Below, piece by piece: positions 39,016 through 49,914 of a DNA stretch of 64,000 bases; position 1 is the stretch's first letter; every line of letters begins with the position of its first letter. A program made the position numbers and the translations under genes. The stretch comes from Longimicrobiales bacterium (GTDB lineage Bacteria; Gemmatimonadota; Gemmatimonadetes; Longimicrobiales; Gaopeijiaceae). The notes beneath the pieces were generated by a model. It did not search any database. It worked only from the letters and a program-made list of their open reading frames with translations, and was not told the DNA's origin. The DNA is taken from positions 294,530 to 358,529 of the forward strand of contig JAWLHJ010000006.1 of the NCBI GenBank assembly GCA_041690395.1. Direction: 5' to 3'.

Positions 39016-39657
39016 TTGACCTACTTCCTGGCCGCCCTGTTCGCTCCCGTCGTCGGAGCGCTCCTGTACCGCACGCTGCACGGCCGTAATCGAGCCGTAC
39101 GGCTGGTGGACGGCTTCGTGTACGTCGCCGTCCCATCGCTGGTCGCCGTCCAGATCCTCCCCGACGTCATCGCGGAGCGGGCTCCGCTCCTGCTCGTGGT
39201 CGTGGCCGCAGGCGCGTTCCTGCCGACCGTCTTCGAGCTCGCGTCGCGATCGGTGTCCCACCACGCGGACGACCTGGCCATCGTGGTGACCCTCGCCGGC
39301 CTCGTCTTCCACGAGTTGCTCGAGGGGGCGGCGCTGGCTCCCACCGGCGAGCCGGTCGAGCCCGCATTCGCGTGGGCCGTGATCCTGCACCGGGTGCCCG
39401 TGGGGCTGATCCTCTGGTGGCTGGTTCGCCCCCGACACGGGATTCCGATGGCCTCCGCGGCGGTCGGGGCCCTCGTGCTCGCGACGCTCGTCGGCGGACT
39501 GGTCGGCCTGGAGCTGTCGGGTCCCATCCACGGGGAGGGATTTCACTACTTCGAGGCCTTCGTCTCCGGCACGCTCCTACACGTCGTCTTCCACCAGGGG
39601 CGGCACGATCACGACCATGGCGACGGTCACGCCCATACCGACCACCATCATCACTGA
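39016..39657 (+). CDS. ZIP-like metal permease domain with His-rich tail; start uncertain
   Basis: multiple TMs; FHELLEG and AVILHRVPVG metal motifs; C-terminal HDHDHGDGHAHTDHHHH. Confidence 0.7.
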   Translation: MTYFLAALFAPVVGALLYRTLHGRNRAVRLVDGFVYVAVPSLVAVQILPDVIAERAPLLLVVVAAGAFLPTVFELASRSVSHHADDLAIVVTLAGLVFHELLEGAALAPTGEPVEPAFAWAVILHRVPVGLILWWLVRPRHGIPMASAAVGALVLATLVGGLVGLELSGPIHGEGFHYFEAFVSGTLLHVVFHQGRHDHDHGDGHAHTDHHHH

Positions 39658-39676
39658 ACCCGAGAGGAACCCGCCC

Positions 39677-40288
39677 ATGAGCGCCCAGAACCACCGCGAC
39701 CCGCGCCCGACCTCCGCCGCCGCGGGCCTCGCCCGCCCTCTCCTCACCCTCGTGCTGCCGTTCCTGGCCGGCGCGCTGGTCGTCCTGTCGGCGCCCGAAC
39801 GGCTCGAGGCCCAGAGCGGCGCGACCACTGGTCCGGTCGTGCATGCCGGCGGCGCGGTATTTCCGGTGGATCCCGATTTCGAGACACCCCTCGACATCGA
39901 CTACCGGGTCGCCTTCGACATTGCCGAAGGCGGCGACACCGAGCGGGTGAGCACGTCCCTCAACACGGTCGCGCGCTACCTGAACATGCACGCGCGGGCC
40001 GGCGTGCCCCGGGAACGGCTCGGCGCGGCCGTCATCATCCACGGCACGGCGGTCATGGACGCCCTGGGCCCGGACGCCTACCGCGCGCGGGCCGGCGGCC
40101 CGAATCCGAACCAGGCGCTCCTCCAGGAGCTACTCGACGCCGGAACCCGCGTGATCGTCTGCGGCCAGAGCGCTGCCTCGCGGGGCTTCGCCGCCTCCGA
40201 GCTCGCGGACGGCGTGGAGCTCGCGCTGTCGGCCATGACCGCCTTCGTCGCCCTCCAGCGGGACGGGTACCTCGTAAACCCCTGGTAG
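39677..40288 (+). CDS. DsrE family protein with signal peptide
   Basis: VARYLNMH, IIHG, VIVCGQS, ALSAMTA; GAGG before ATG. Confidence 0.8.
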   Translation: MSAQNHRDPRPTSAAAGLARPLLTLVLPFLAGALVVLSAPERLEAQSGATTGPVVHAGGAVFPVDPDFETPLDIDYRVAFDIAEGGDTERVSTSLNTVARYLNMHARAGVPRERLGAAVIIHGTAVMDALGPDAYRARAGGPNPNQALLQELLDAGTRVIVCGQSAASRGFAASELADGVELALSAMTAFVALQRDGYLVNPW

Positions 40289-40335
40289 TAGGCAACTTGC
40301 AGGGACCCTGACGACAGTCCCCCGGCCGTCGCGAC

Positions 40336-40364
40336 TTGCGAGCGGGCCGAACAGGACGTAATCT
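40336..40364 (+). promoter_or_regulatory. putative sigma70-type promoter for gltBD
   Basis: TTGCGA-N17-TAATCT about 75 nt upstream of ATG 40438. Confidence 0.45.
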
Positions 40365-40437
40365 CCTCATCCCCGCCGAAAGAACGCCCGGCAATCCTGC
40401 CGGGACGTTTCCCAGTAGTGATTTGGAGTTTGCTCGC

Positions 40438-43400
40438 ATGCGAGACGAAAGCAGGCGGGGCGCGTCCGTGCGTCCGTATACCGGGGCTGTCCCACGAGTC
40501 GGCCGAAGTCAGTTCCTCCCTTCCGAGCACGGTCTCTACGACCCCCGGAACGAGCACGACGCGTGTGGCATCGGGTTCGTGGCCAATATTCACGGGGCGA
40601 AGAGCCACGACATCGTCGAGCAGGCGCTCCAGATTCTCATCAACCTGAACCACCGCGGGGCGGTGGGCGCCGACCCGACCATGGGCGACGGCGCGGGCAT
40701 CCTCATCCAGACGCCCCACGCCCTCTTCACCGAAGTCGCCCCCCAAGCGGGCATCGATCTCCCCGAGCCCGGTAGCTACGCCGCCGCGAACGTCTTCCTG
40801 CCCCGCGACGCGACGCTGCGCGCCCGGTGCGAGGAGATTCTCGAGGCGCACGTGGCCGCCGAGGGACAGACGGTGCTCGGCTGGCGCGACGTGCCGGTCG
40901 ACCAGAGCGTCCTCAGCGACACCGTGCGGGAGACCGAGCCGGTCATCCGCCAGCTCTTCGTGGGCCGGGGCGCCATGTTCCAGGGCGATCAGGACGCCTT
41001 CGACCGCAAGCTGTTCGTCATCCGACGACAGGCCGAGATCGAGGTCGCGAAGCTCCCCGACGAAGCGGCCGGGGACTTCTACGTCTGCACCCTCTCCACG
41101 CGAGTCATGGGCTACAAGGGGATGCTGCTCGCCGAGGACGTCGGTCCCTACTACGACGACCTCGGTGACCCGCGCCTGGAGAGCTGCCTCGCGCTGGTAC
41201 ACCAGCGCTTCAGCACCAATACCTTTCCGAGCTGGAGTCTGGCGCAGCCGTTCCGTCTGATCTGCCACAACGGGGAGATCAACACGCTCCGCGGCAACCT
41301 GAACTGGATGAACGCGCGCCGCGCGGCGATGCGCTCCACGGTGCTCGGCGACGACCTCGAGAAGCTCTGGCCACTCATCCGCGAGGGACAGTCCGACTCG
41401 GCGGGGCTCGACAACGCGCTCGAGCTCCTGGTCCGCGGCGGCTACTCACTCGCCCACGCCATGATGATGCTGATTCCCGAGGCTTGGGAGCACAACAAGC
41501 TCATGGACCCCAGGCGGCGCGCGTTCTACGAGTACCACGCCGCACTCATGGAGCCCTGGGACGGCCCCGCCTCGATCGCGTTCACCGACGGCCGTCAGGT
41601 GGGTGCCACGCTGGACCGCAACGGCCTCCGTCCGTCGCGGTACGTCGTGACCGACGACGGCATGGTCGTGCTCTCGTCCGAGGCGGGCGTCCTCCCGATT
41701 CCCGAGGAGAAGATCGTCAGGAAGTGGCGCCTCCAGCCCGGGAAGATGCTCCTCATCGACACCGAGCAGGGCCGCATCATCGACGACGAGGAGATCAAGG
41801 CGGATCTCGCGTCCGCGCACCCGTACCAGGAGATCCTGGACCGCACCCAGGTCATGGTCGAAGACCTGCCCGAATGCGCCCCGGAGCACCCCACCGTCGA
41901 GGTCCCGCTGCTCGACCGGCAGCAGGCGTTCGGCTACACGCAGGAGGCGCTCAAGCTGCTCCTCGCGTCGATGGCGTCGGAGGGGCAGGAGGCGACCGGA
42001 TCGATGGGCAACGACACGCCCATCGCGGCCATGTCCGACCGGCCCAAGCTCCTCTTCTCGTACTTCCGGCAGCGCTTCGCACAGGTCACGAACCCGGCCA
42101 TCGACTCCATCCGCGAGTCGCTGGTCATGAGCCTCGTGTCCATGATCGGGCCCCGGCCGAACCTGCTGGAGCTCGACGACGTCGACTCGCACATGCGGCT
42201 CGAGGCGGAGCACCCGATCCTGACGAACACCGACCTCGACAAGATCCGCTGCATCTCGAAGTTCGCGGGCGGTCGGTTCCAGGCGGTCACGCTCGACACG
42301 ACCTACCCGGTCGAGGACGGGCCCGAAGGCATGCGCACCGCCGTCGAAGCACTCTGTGAGCGGGCGGAGGCCGCGGTCGTCGAGGGCGACAACATCATCG
42401 TCCTTTCGGACCGACGGGTCTCACCCGACAGGGTCGCCATCCCCTCCGTCCTCGCGACGGCGGCGGTGCACCACCACCTCATCCGGAAGGGGCTCCGCAC
42501 GCTGGTCGGCCTGGTCGTCGAGACCGGCGAGGCCCATGAGGTGCACCATCTGGCCGTGCTCGGCGGTTACGGTGCGGAGGGCATCAACCCGTACCTGGCC
42601 TTCGAAACGCTCACCGACATGGTCGAGCGCGGTGACCTCCCGGAGTCGGTGGACGTCGAGACCGCTCACCACAACTACGTGAAGGCCGCCTGCAAGGGGC
42701 TGCTCAAGGTGATGTCCAAGATGGGCATCTCCACGTTCCAGTCCTACTGCGGGGCTCAGGTCTTCGACGCGCTGGGCCTGAAGCGGTCGTTCGTCGACCG
42801 GTACTTCTACGGCACGCCCACGGCCATCGAAGGGATCGGCCTCGGCGAGGTGGCCGAGGAGACGTGCCGCCGCCACCGGGACGCGTTCGGCGCGTCTCCG
42901 GTGCTCCAGCACGCCCTCGATCCCGGTGGCGAGCATCAGTACCGGATCCGCGGGGAGCGTCACTACTGGACGCCCGAGTCCATCGCCGCGCTCCAGCACG
43001 CCGTCCGCGGCGACGCGCAGGACCGCTACCGGGAGTTCTCCCGGATCGTGGACGACCAGGCCGAGCGGCTGATGAGCCCACGCGGCCTGTTCGAGCTGCG
43101 GCCCGCGGGCGAGCCGGTACCCCTCGACGAGGTGGAGCCGGCGGTCGAGATCGTGAAGCGGTTCTCGACCGGCGCTATGTCGTTCGGCTCGATCTCGAGG
43201 GAGGCGCACACCACGTTGGCCGTGGCGATGAACCGCATCGGCGGGAAGTCGAACAGCGGCGAGGGGGGCGAGGAGCCGGACCGCTTCCTTCGGCTCGACA
43301 GCGGCGACTCGATGAACTCGGCCATCAAGCAGGTGGCTTCGGGACGCTTCGGTGTCACGACCGAGTACCTGTCGAGCGCCGATGTCATGCAGATCAAGGT

Positions 43401-45180
43401 GGCGCAGGGTGCCAAGCCCGGAGAGGGCGGCCAGCTCCCGGGCTTCAAGGTGGACGAGACCATCGCGAGGGTGCGCCATTCGACGCCCGGCGTGGGCCTG
43501 ATCTCACCGCCGCCCCATCACGACATCTACTCCATCGAGGATCTGGCGCAGCTCATCTTCGATCTGAAGAACGTGAACCCGCGCGCGCTGGTCAGCGTCA
43601 AGCTCGTGTCGGAGATCGGTGTCGGGACCGTCGCGGCCGGCGTGTCCAAGGCGCATTCGGACCGGATCACCATCGCCGGCCACGACGGCGGGACCGGCGC
43701 GAGCCCCCGGACTTCGATCCACCATGCGGGCTCTCCGTGGGAGATCGGCCTTGCCGAGACCCAGCAGACGCTCGTCATGAACCGTCTGCGCGGGCGTGTC
43801 GCCGTACAGGTGGACGGGGGGCTTCGCACCGGCCGGGACGTGGTCATCGGGGCGCTCCTCGGCGCCGACGAGTTCGGCTTCGCCACCGCGCCGCTCGTGG
43901 CCTCCGGCTGCATCATGATGAGGAAGTGCCACCTCAACACCTGCCCGGTCGGCATCGCCACGCAGAACCCGGAGCTGCGCAAGCGCTTCACCGGGCTCCC
44001 CGAGCACGTCATCAACTACTTCTTCTTCATCGCCGAAGAGGTGCGCGAGATCATGGCGGAGCTCGGCTTCCGCACCTTCGACGAGATGATCGGCCGGTCC
44101 GACCGGCTCGACACGCGCCGAACGGTCGCCCACTACAAGGCGCACGGTCTCGACCTCACACGGTTGCTCCAGCGTGCCGAGGAGGAGCCCGGCGTCGCGA
44201 TCCATCACACGGAGGAGCAGCAGCACGACATCGACGATGTCATGGACCGGGCGCTCATGCTCGAGGCGGCGCCCGCGCTCGAACACGGCACGCCGGTCCG
44301 GATCGCGCGCCCCATCCGGAACACGGACCGCACCACCGGCGCCATGCTCTCCGGTGAGGTCGCGCGCGGCTACGGCCACGCCGGACTCCCCGACGAGACC
44401 ATCCACATCGCGCTGACGGGCAACGCCGGCCAGAGCTTCGGCGCATGGCTCGCCCACGGTGTCACCCTCGAGCTCGCGGGCGACGCGAACGACTACGTCG
44501 GCAAGGGGCTCTCGGGGGGGCGGATCATCGTGTATCCGCAGGACCGAGCGCGCATCGTCCCGGAGGAGAGCATGATCGTCGGGAACGTCGTGCTGTACGG
44601 CGCGATCTCGGGCGAAGCCTACTTCCGGGGGGTCGCCGCCGAGCGGTTCGCTGTGCGGAACTCGGGGGCCTGGACGGTCGTCGAGGGCGTCGGCGATCAC
44701 GGCTGCGAATACATGACGGGCGGCGTGGTGGTCGTCCTCGGGGCCACGGGCCGCAACTTCGCGGCCGGCATGTCCGGAGGCATCGCCTACGTGCTGGACG
44801 AAGCCGGGGACTTCAGCCTGAAGGTCAACCCCGAGATGGTCGAGCTCGAGCACCTCGAGGACGACCGGAGCCCCGAGGCGCGGGCAGCCGACGACCTGCC
44901 CGACGCGCCGCTCTCGGAGGTCGCCCGCGACATGCTCGGACAGGACGCGTCACGACTGCGCCGGCTCCTCCAGCGCCACGCGCGCTTCACGGGCAGCGCG
45001 AGGGCGAAGGAGATCCTCGAGCGGTGGGACGAGGCGCTTCCGCGGTTCGTGAAAGTCATGCCCACGGACTACCGCAGGGCACTCACGAAGCTGGTCCACG
45101 CCGCCCCGGCGGCGCACGAGCCGGACGTCATACGCAAGCGCGGACGGAAGCCCGCGGTGGGGAGCTACCAGAATGGGTAA
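40438..45180 (+). CDS. gltB: glutamate synthase large subunit
   Basis: EHDACGIGF (Ntn Cys), [40 protein letters not shown]. Confidence 0.97.
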   Translation: MRDESRRGASVRPYTGAVPRVGRSQFLPSEHGLYDPRNEHDACGIGFVANIHGAKSHDIVEQALQILINLNHRGAVGADPTMGDGAGILIQTPHALFTEVAPQAGIDLPEPGSYAAANVFLPRDATLRARCEEILEAHVAAEGQTVLGWRDVPVDQSVLSDTVRETEPVIRQLFVGRGAMFQGDQDAFDRKLFVIRRQAEIEVAKLPDEAAGDFYVCTLSTRVMGYKGMLLAEDVGPYYDDLGDPRLESCLALVHQRFSTNTFPSWSLAQPFRLICHNGEINTLRGNLNWMNARRAAMRSTVLGDDLEKLWPLIREGQSDSAGLDNALELLVRGGYSLAHAMMMLIPEAWEHNKLMDPRRRAFYEYHAALMEPWDGPASIAFTDGRQVGATLDRNGLRPSRYVVTDDGMVVLSSEAGVLPIPEEKIVRKWRLQPGKMLLIDTEQGRIIDDEEIKADLASAHPYQEILDRTQVMVEDLPECAPEHPTVEVPLLDRQQAFGYTQEALKLLLASMASEGQEATGSMGNDTPIAAMSDRPKLLFSYFRQRFAQVTNPAIDSIRESLVMSLVSMIGPRPNLLELDDVDSHMRLEAEHPILTNTDLDKIRCISKFAGGRFQAVTLDTTYPVEDGPEGMRTAVEALCERAEAAVVEGDNIIVLSDRRVSPDRVAIPSVLATAAVHHHLIRKGLRTLVGLVVETGEAHEVHHLAVLGGYGAEGINPYLAFETLTDMVERGDLPESVDVETAHHNYVKAACKGLLKVMSKMGISTFQSYCGAQVFDALGLKRSFVDRYFYGTPTAIEGIGLGEVAEETCRRHRDAFGASPVLQHALDPGGEHQYRIRGERHYWTPESIAALQHAVRGDAQDRYREFSRIVDDQAERLMSPRGLFELRPAGEPVPLDEVEPAVEIVKRFSTGAMSFGSISREAHTTLAVAMNRIGGKSNSGEGGEEPDRFLRLDSGDSMNSAIKQVASGRFGVTTEYLSSADVMQIKVAQGAKPGEGGQLPGFKVDETIARVRHSTPGVGLISPPPHHDIYSIEDLAQLIFDLKNVNPRALVSVKLVSEIGVGTVAAGVSKAHSDRITIAGHDGGTGASPRTSIHHAGSPWEIGLAETQQTLVMNRLRGRVAVQVDGGLRTGRDVVIGALLGADEFGFATAPLVASGCIMMRKCHLNTCPVGIATQNPELRKRFTGLPEHVINYFFFIAEEVREIMAELGFRTFDEMIGRSDRLDTRRTVAHYKAHGLDLTRLLQRAEEEPGVAIHHTEEQQHDIDDVMDRALMLEAAPALEHGTPVRIARPIRNTDRTTGAMLSGEVARGYGHAGLPDETIHIALTGNAGQSFGAWLAHGVTLELAGDANDYVGKGLSGGRIIVYPQDRARIVPEESMIVGNVVLYGAISGEAYFRGVAAERFAVRNSGAWTVVEGVGDHGCEYMTGGVVVVLGATGRNFAAGMSGGIAYVLDEAGDFSLKVNPEMVELEHLEDDRSPEARAADDLPDAPLSEVARDMLGQDASRLRRLLQRHARFTGSARAKEILERWDEALPRFVKVMPTDYRRALTKLVHAAPAAHEPDVIRKRGRKPAVGSYQNG

Positions 45181-46588
45181 GGTCACGGGGTTCCTGGAGA
45201 TCGCCAGCAAGCGGCCGCAGTACCGCCCGGTCGAGGAGCGGGTGCGCCACTACCGGGAGTTCACGGAGCCGCTGCCCACGGAGGAGATCGCACTCCAGGG
45301 CGCGCGCTGCATGGACTGCGGGATCCCGTTCTGCCACCAGGGATGTCCGGTGAACAACATCATCCCGGACTGGAACGACCTCGTCTTCCGCGATCGGTGG
45401 CGGGAGGCCGTGGAGGTCCTGCACTCGACGAACAACTTCCCCGAGTTCACCGGGCGCATCTGTCCGGCACCGTGCGAGGCGTCGTGCACGCTGAACATCC
45501 ACGACGACCCGGTGACCATCAAATCCATCGAGGTGGCGATCATCGACCGGGCCTGGGAGGAGGGCTGGGTCCGGCCGCTCGTGGCCGAAAAGCGCACCGG
45601 CCGCACGGTCGCCATCGTCGGATCGGGGCCGGCCGGCCTGGCTTGCGCCCAACAGCTCGCCCGGGCCGGGCACGACGTGACCGTGTTCGAGCGGAACGCC
45701 ACGGTGGGCGGGCTGCTCCGCTACGGCATCCCCGATTTCAAGATGGAGAAGCGGCACATCGACCGCCGTCTGGAGCAGATGGAGGCCGAGGGCGTCGTCT
45801 TCACCACCGGATGCGAGATCGGCGTGGACCTCCCGGCCTCCAGGCTCGTCGAGGAGTTCGACGCCGTGGTGCTCACGGGTGGGGCCGAGCGGCCGCGTGA
45901 CTTGGAGGTGCCCGGCCGCGGGCTCGACGGCGTGCACTTCGCGATGGATTTCCTGACGCAGCAGAACCGCCGGGTCGCCGGCGAGCCGGTGGGTGCGGAG
46001 GACATCCTGGCGACGGACAAGCACGTCGTGGTCATCGGCGGTGGAGACACCGGATCCGACTGCATCGGGACGTCGTGGCGCCAGGGGGCCAAGTCGGTCA
46101 CGCAGCTCGAGATCATGCCGCGCCCGCCCCAGAAGGAGGACAAGGGCACGACCTGGCCCGAGTGGCCCCTGAAGCTGCGGACGTCGTCCTCACAGGAGGA
46201 GGGCGGCGAGCGGGACTGGAGCGTCGCGACGGAGCGGTTCTCCGGGGTCGACGGCCGCGTGACGACCCTCCACGGCGTGCGCCTCACGCCGAAGATGCAG
46301 CGCATCGAGGGAACCGAGTTCGAGCTCCGAGCGGATCTCGTGCTGCTTGCGATGGGCTTCGTGCACCCGGTCCAGGAGGGGATGCTCGAGCAGCTCGGCG
46401 TCGCGTTCGACAAGCGGGGCAACGTGGCCGCGGACACCGAGGCCTACCGGACCAGCGTGGGCAAGGTCTTCGCCGCGGGCGACATGCGGCGGGGTCAGTC
46501 GTTGGTGGTGTGGGCGATCCGGGAAGGGCGGCAGTGCGCGCGGGCGGTGGACGCGTTCCTGATGGGGGCGAGCGACCTGCCGCGGTAG
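45173..46588 (+). CDS. gltD: glutamate synthase small subunit
   Basis: [46 protein letters not shown]. Confidence 0.97.
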   Translation: MGKVTGFLEIASKRPQYRPVEERVRHYREFTEPLPTEEIALQGARCMDCGIPFCHQGCPVNNIIPDWNDLVFRDRWREAVEVLHSTNNFPEFTGRICPAPCEASCTLNIHDDPVTIKSIEVAIIDRAWEEGWVRPLVAEKRTGRTVAIVGSGPAGLACAQQLARAGHDVTVFERNATVGGLLRYGIPDFKMEKRHIDRRLEQMEAEGVVFTTGCEIGVDLPASRLVEEFDAVVLTGGAERPRDLEVPGRGLDGVHFAMDFLTQQNRRVAGEPVGAEDILATDKHVVVIGGGDTGSDCIGTSWRQGAKSVTQLEIMPRPPQKEDKGTTWPEWPLKLRTSSSQEEGGERDWSVATERFSGVDGRVTTLHGVRLTPKMQRIEGTEFELRADLVLLAMGFVHPVQEGMLEQLGVAFDKRGNVAADTEAYRTSVGKVFAAGDMRRGQSLVVWAIREGRQCARAVDAFLMGASDLPR

Positions 46589-46690
46589 GTTCGCCGCCGG
46601 CTCGAGGCTCGGGATAACCAAGCGATGAACAAATCCGGCAGTTGACGGGCGCCACCGTCCAGCGGATCCCGGAGGAAGAGCCCTCGCCCA

Positions 46691-46873
46691 GGTGGCGCAA
46701 ACATGACATGGTCGCCGTCGCTGGGGCGGCGGCGTCATTCTTCCGCCACATGTGGCGGCTGAGGTCACGTGCCGACGCGAGGCTCAAACGCGCGCGGCTT
46801 GTTTCCGCCACATGTGGCGGTCAACGTGACGCGCCGCTCCGCGCCGTCGTCACGGTGGGGGATTGTTGCCACC
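46691..46873. repeat. three tandem 60-62-bp units bounded by GTGGCG...(C)GCCAC inverted repeats
   Basis: perfect palindrome CCGCCACATGTGGCGG at 46743-46758 and 46805-46820; half-sites GTGGCG at 46692 and GCCAC at 46868. Confidence 0.7.
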
Positions 46874-46916
46874 CTTCACCATGGGGGAGCCATCGCTCCG
46901 GGATGCTCGTGATGCC

Positions 46917-48323
46917 CTAGCCCCCCGTGAGTTCGGCCAGCGCCTCCCGGTCCAATAGCTCCCCCTTCGTCACCACGGCTTCGACGGCGCGGGTGTTCCG
47001 GATGTCCGCGAGCGGGTCGGCGGACAGGAGCACGAGGTCGGCGACACGCCCGGCCTCGACCGTGCCCATCTCGCCCTCGAGCCCGAAGAACTCGGCGGGG
47101 CGCACCGTGGCGGCACGGAGCGCATCCCGCGGGCTCAGTCCCGCCCGCACCAGCATCTCGAGCTCGCTGTGGAGGCTGTAGCCGGGCACGGCGTACCCGA
47201 TGGGGGTGTCGGTGCCGGCCCCGATCGGCACCCCGGCCTCGTGCAGCATGCCCACGAAATCGAGGCTCCACTGTCCGTGGGTGACGTCGCGCGTCGGCCC
47301 GTCACCCGCCTCGGCCAACGCCTCTCTCCACGGCGCCGCGGCCTCTTCCGGTATCCGGTCCAGCGCCGCGGGGAAATCGTCGCGGTCGAACGGCGAGACG
47401 ATCCCCATGGAGTTCAGCCGTAGCGTCGGGACCTGGATGGTCGACGAGAGGGCCGTCGCGAGCTCGGCGCAGCGCGCGGGGTCGGCGCTCTCGATGGCCG
47501 GCACGCGGTGCATGGTGTGCAGCCGTGACCTCAGGGCTGCCCCGGCAGGGTCGTCGTGGGCGTCGAGGATGGCGCGACGCTCCGCGAGCATCGCCTCGGC
47601 ATCGGCGGCACAGTCCATCTCCAGGTTCCTGAGATGCTCGAGCGAGTGCACGCGTGGCCCGACGTCCCGCGCCAGCATGGAGAGCGGCACGTGCCCGTCG
47701 ATGGGGAGCCCGTGCTCGCCCGCCGCCTCCACCAACGCCTCGAACACCTCCGGCGAGACGAGCTCGTAGATCTTGACGAAGTCGACGCCCGCCTCGGCCA
47801 GGCGCGCCACGTTCGCCCGGGCCATCTCGGGATCGGGGTTCGCGATACCCAGCAACGGGTTGTTCACGCCGTCGTACACCACCGCCTCGCCGTCGAGCAG
47901 CGGGCCCGCGAAGAACACCCGCGGCGCGGGTCCGTCGCCCGAGCGCAGCCGCTCCACCACCGGGAGCATGGCCTCGAGCGGCCCACCCGTGTCCCGGACG
48001 CTCGTCACCCCGTGCGCGAGGAAGAGCCCCGCCATGGCGTTCGTGAACCGCTCGTCGTACGTGAAGTGGACATGGAAGTCCCAGAGGCCCGGAATCAGGA
48101 AGCGTCCGGTCCCGTCGACCACGCGGGCCGCGCCGGACGGCTCCCCGGCGTCCGTCACGGAGACGATCCGCCCGTCGTCCACGACCACGGTCCGGCCGGG
48201 GAGGGCGCCCTGTTCGGCGTCCACCACGGTCACGTTCTCGATGGCGAGATCCGCGGCGGGCTCCGGGGCGCCGCAAGCGGCGCACAGAAGGAACACGACG
48301 AGCATGGGGGCTGAGCGACGCAT
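46917..48323 (-). CDS. amidohydrolase family lipoprotein
   Basis: lipobox-like LCAAC; PGLWDFHVH, FVKIY, DGH, EH, AGTD, GRVADLVLL. Confidence 0.9.
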   Translation of the reverse strand: MRRSAPMLVVFLLCAACGAPEPAADLAIENVTVVDAEQGALPGRTVVVDDGRIVSVTDAGEPSGAARVVDGTGRFLIPGLWDFHVHFTYDERFTNAMAGLFLAHGVTSVRDTGGPLEAMLPVVERLRSGDGPAPRVFFAGPLLDGEAVVYDGVNNPLLGIANPDPEMARANVARLAEAGVDFVKIYELVSPEVFEALVEAAGEHGLPIDGHVPLSMLARDVGPRVHSLEHLRNLEMDCAADAEAMLAERRAILDAHDDPAGAALRSRLHTMHRVPAIESADPARCAELATALSSTIQVPTLRLNSMGIVSPFDRDDFPAALDRIPEEAAAPWREALAEAGDGPTRDVTHGQWSLDFVGMLHEAGVPIGAGTDTPIGYAVPGYSLHSELEMLVRAGLSPRDALRAATVRPAEFFGLEGEMGTVEAGRVADLVLLSADPLADIRNTRAVEAVVTKGELLDREALAELTGG

Positions 48324-48541
48324 CGGCGACTCCGGGATGTGCGGGGTGGACGGCGTGTGGCCGACGGTAGGCCGCGGATGTCGTGACGGCAAGCGAGGGC
48401 CCGCCACGAGCCGAGACCTCGGGAAGAGTGGTCACACACGTGGCCCGTTGCGCGGAGCGTATCCGGACTCGACACTAAACTGGCGCCCGCGCCCCTCCGG
48501 GTTCCGGGCGCGCGAACCGTAGGCTCGGACCGGGAGACACC

Positions 48542-49735
48542 ATGGGTGAGGACAGGAAGTTCACGCGGCGGCACTTCGTCGGCGGCGCGGCAGCCGCGCT
48601 CGGCGCGCTCGGCATCTCGCCCGGCTCGGTCCTCGCGGAAGGGGCCCCGCGCCGCAGGCCGACGGTCCCTCGGCTCCCGGCGCTCGAGCAGGAGCGCGAC
48701 GACTACGACGCCCTCGCGAAGATCAACTTCAACGAGAACCCCTACGGCCCGTCCGAGAAGGTCATGGAGGCCATGCAGTTCGCCTTCAAGTACTCCATGC
48801 GCTACGGCTATCCGGACGGGGGCATCACCCAGGCGATCGCGGACCACCACGGGGTCGCCCGGGAGAACGTGCTCCTCGGTGCCGGGTCTGGGGAGATTCT
48901 CGAAGTGGTCGGGCTCACCTACCTCGACGCCGACAAGATGGTGGTCGGCGTGGAGCCGTCGTACGGCTCGGTCTACAGCCACGCCAGCGGCATCGACGCC
49001 GAGGCGCTCCTGTTACCGCTCGAGCCCGATCACACGCAGAACATCGGCCGCATGATCGACGCCACGCGCCGGAACGCCCGCGACGTCGGCTTCGTGTATC
49101 TCTGCAACCCGAACAATCCCACCGGCCTGCCCGTGAGCGCGTCCGACGTGCGCGACCTGCTCGACGGCATTCCGGAAGACATCCCCGTGCTCATCGACGA
49201 GGCGTACCATCACTTCGTGGAGGATGCCGGATATGCCACCTCGATCCCACACGTGCTCGAGGGACGCCGCGTCATCGTCGCACGCACGTTTTCCAAGATC
49301 TACGGGATGGCCGCGATGCGGCTCGGCTACGCCATCGCACCGGCGGACATGGTGCGCCGCATGCAGGCCTACAGCACCGGGAGCACGAACGCGCTGGTGA
49401 AGTGGGGTGGCGCCGCCGCGCTGGCCGACACCGAGTCCGAGCAGTGGGTTCGTGAGACCACGCTCCGACTGCGGAAGCGGACCACCCGGCAGCTCGAGGA
49501 CTTCGGCTACGAGGTGATCCCCTCCGACTGCAACTTCTTCATGGTGGACATGCGTAGGCCGGTGCAGGAGGTGTCGCGGGCCTTCCGCGAGCGCGATATC
49601 CTGGTCGGCCGCCCGTTCCCGCCCATGCTCGAGCACCTCAGGGTGTCGGTGGGCACGGAGGAGGAGATGGACCGCTTCCTCGAGGCGTTCGAGGACCTTT
49701 TCGTGACGCGGACGTCTTCCCGCTCGGGCCGGTAA
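48542..49735 (+). CDS. HisC-like class I/II PLP aminotransferase with Tat signal peptide
   Basis: FTRRHFVGG twin-arginine; NENPYGP, CNPNNPTG, DEAY, RTFSKIYGMAAMRLGY. Confidence 0.88.
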   Translation: MGEDRKFTRRHFVGGAAAALGALGISPGSVLAEGAPRRRPTVPRLPALEQERDDYDALAKINFNENPYGPSEKVMEAMQFAFKYSMRYGYPDGGITQAIADHHGVARENVLLGAGSGEILEVVGLTYLDADKMVVGVEPSYGSVYSHASGIDAEALLLPLEPDHTQNIGRMIDATRRNARDVGFVYLCNPNNPTGLPVSASDVRDLLDGIPEDIPVLIDEAYHHFVEDAGYATSIPHVLEGRRVIVARTFSKIYGMAAMRLGYAIAPADMVRRMQAYSTGSTNALVKWGGAAALADTESEQWVRETTLRLRKRTTRQLEDFGYEVIPSDCNFFMVDMRRPVQEVSRAFRERDILVGRPFPPMLEHLRVSVGTEEEMDRFLEAFEDLFVTRTSSRSGR

Positions 49736-49914
49736 AGTCGGGCGTGGCCACGCCGGAGGGAGAAGGGCGCTCCGGAGGCTCGCGGACCCATCGGGCGGAT
49801 AATCGGTAATTCCTGGGCGCGCGTCCGCTTCGGCGGTCGCGCGCTCGGTTGTCTGTCAGGACCCCGGCGGGGCTCGCCGAGGGTGATCGATCGTTCAAGA
49901 CGAGAGGTAGTCGG

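Noticed and set aside
40289..40437. Glutamine (glnA-type) riboswitch upstream of gltB, suggested by CCGAAAGAACGC
   Set aside because: No upstream CGTTC-like strand to close P1; the region is better explained by a promoter plus a simple hairpin at 40383-40409
48542..49735. Assigning the symbol hisC
   Set aside because: The Tat leader and absence of neighbouring his genes make a biosynthetic role doubtful
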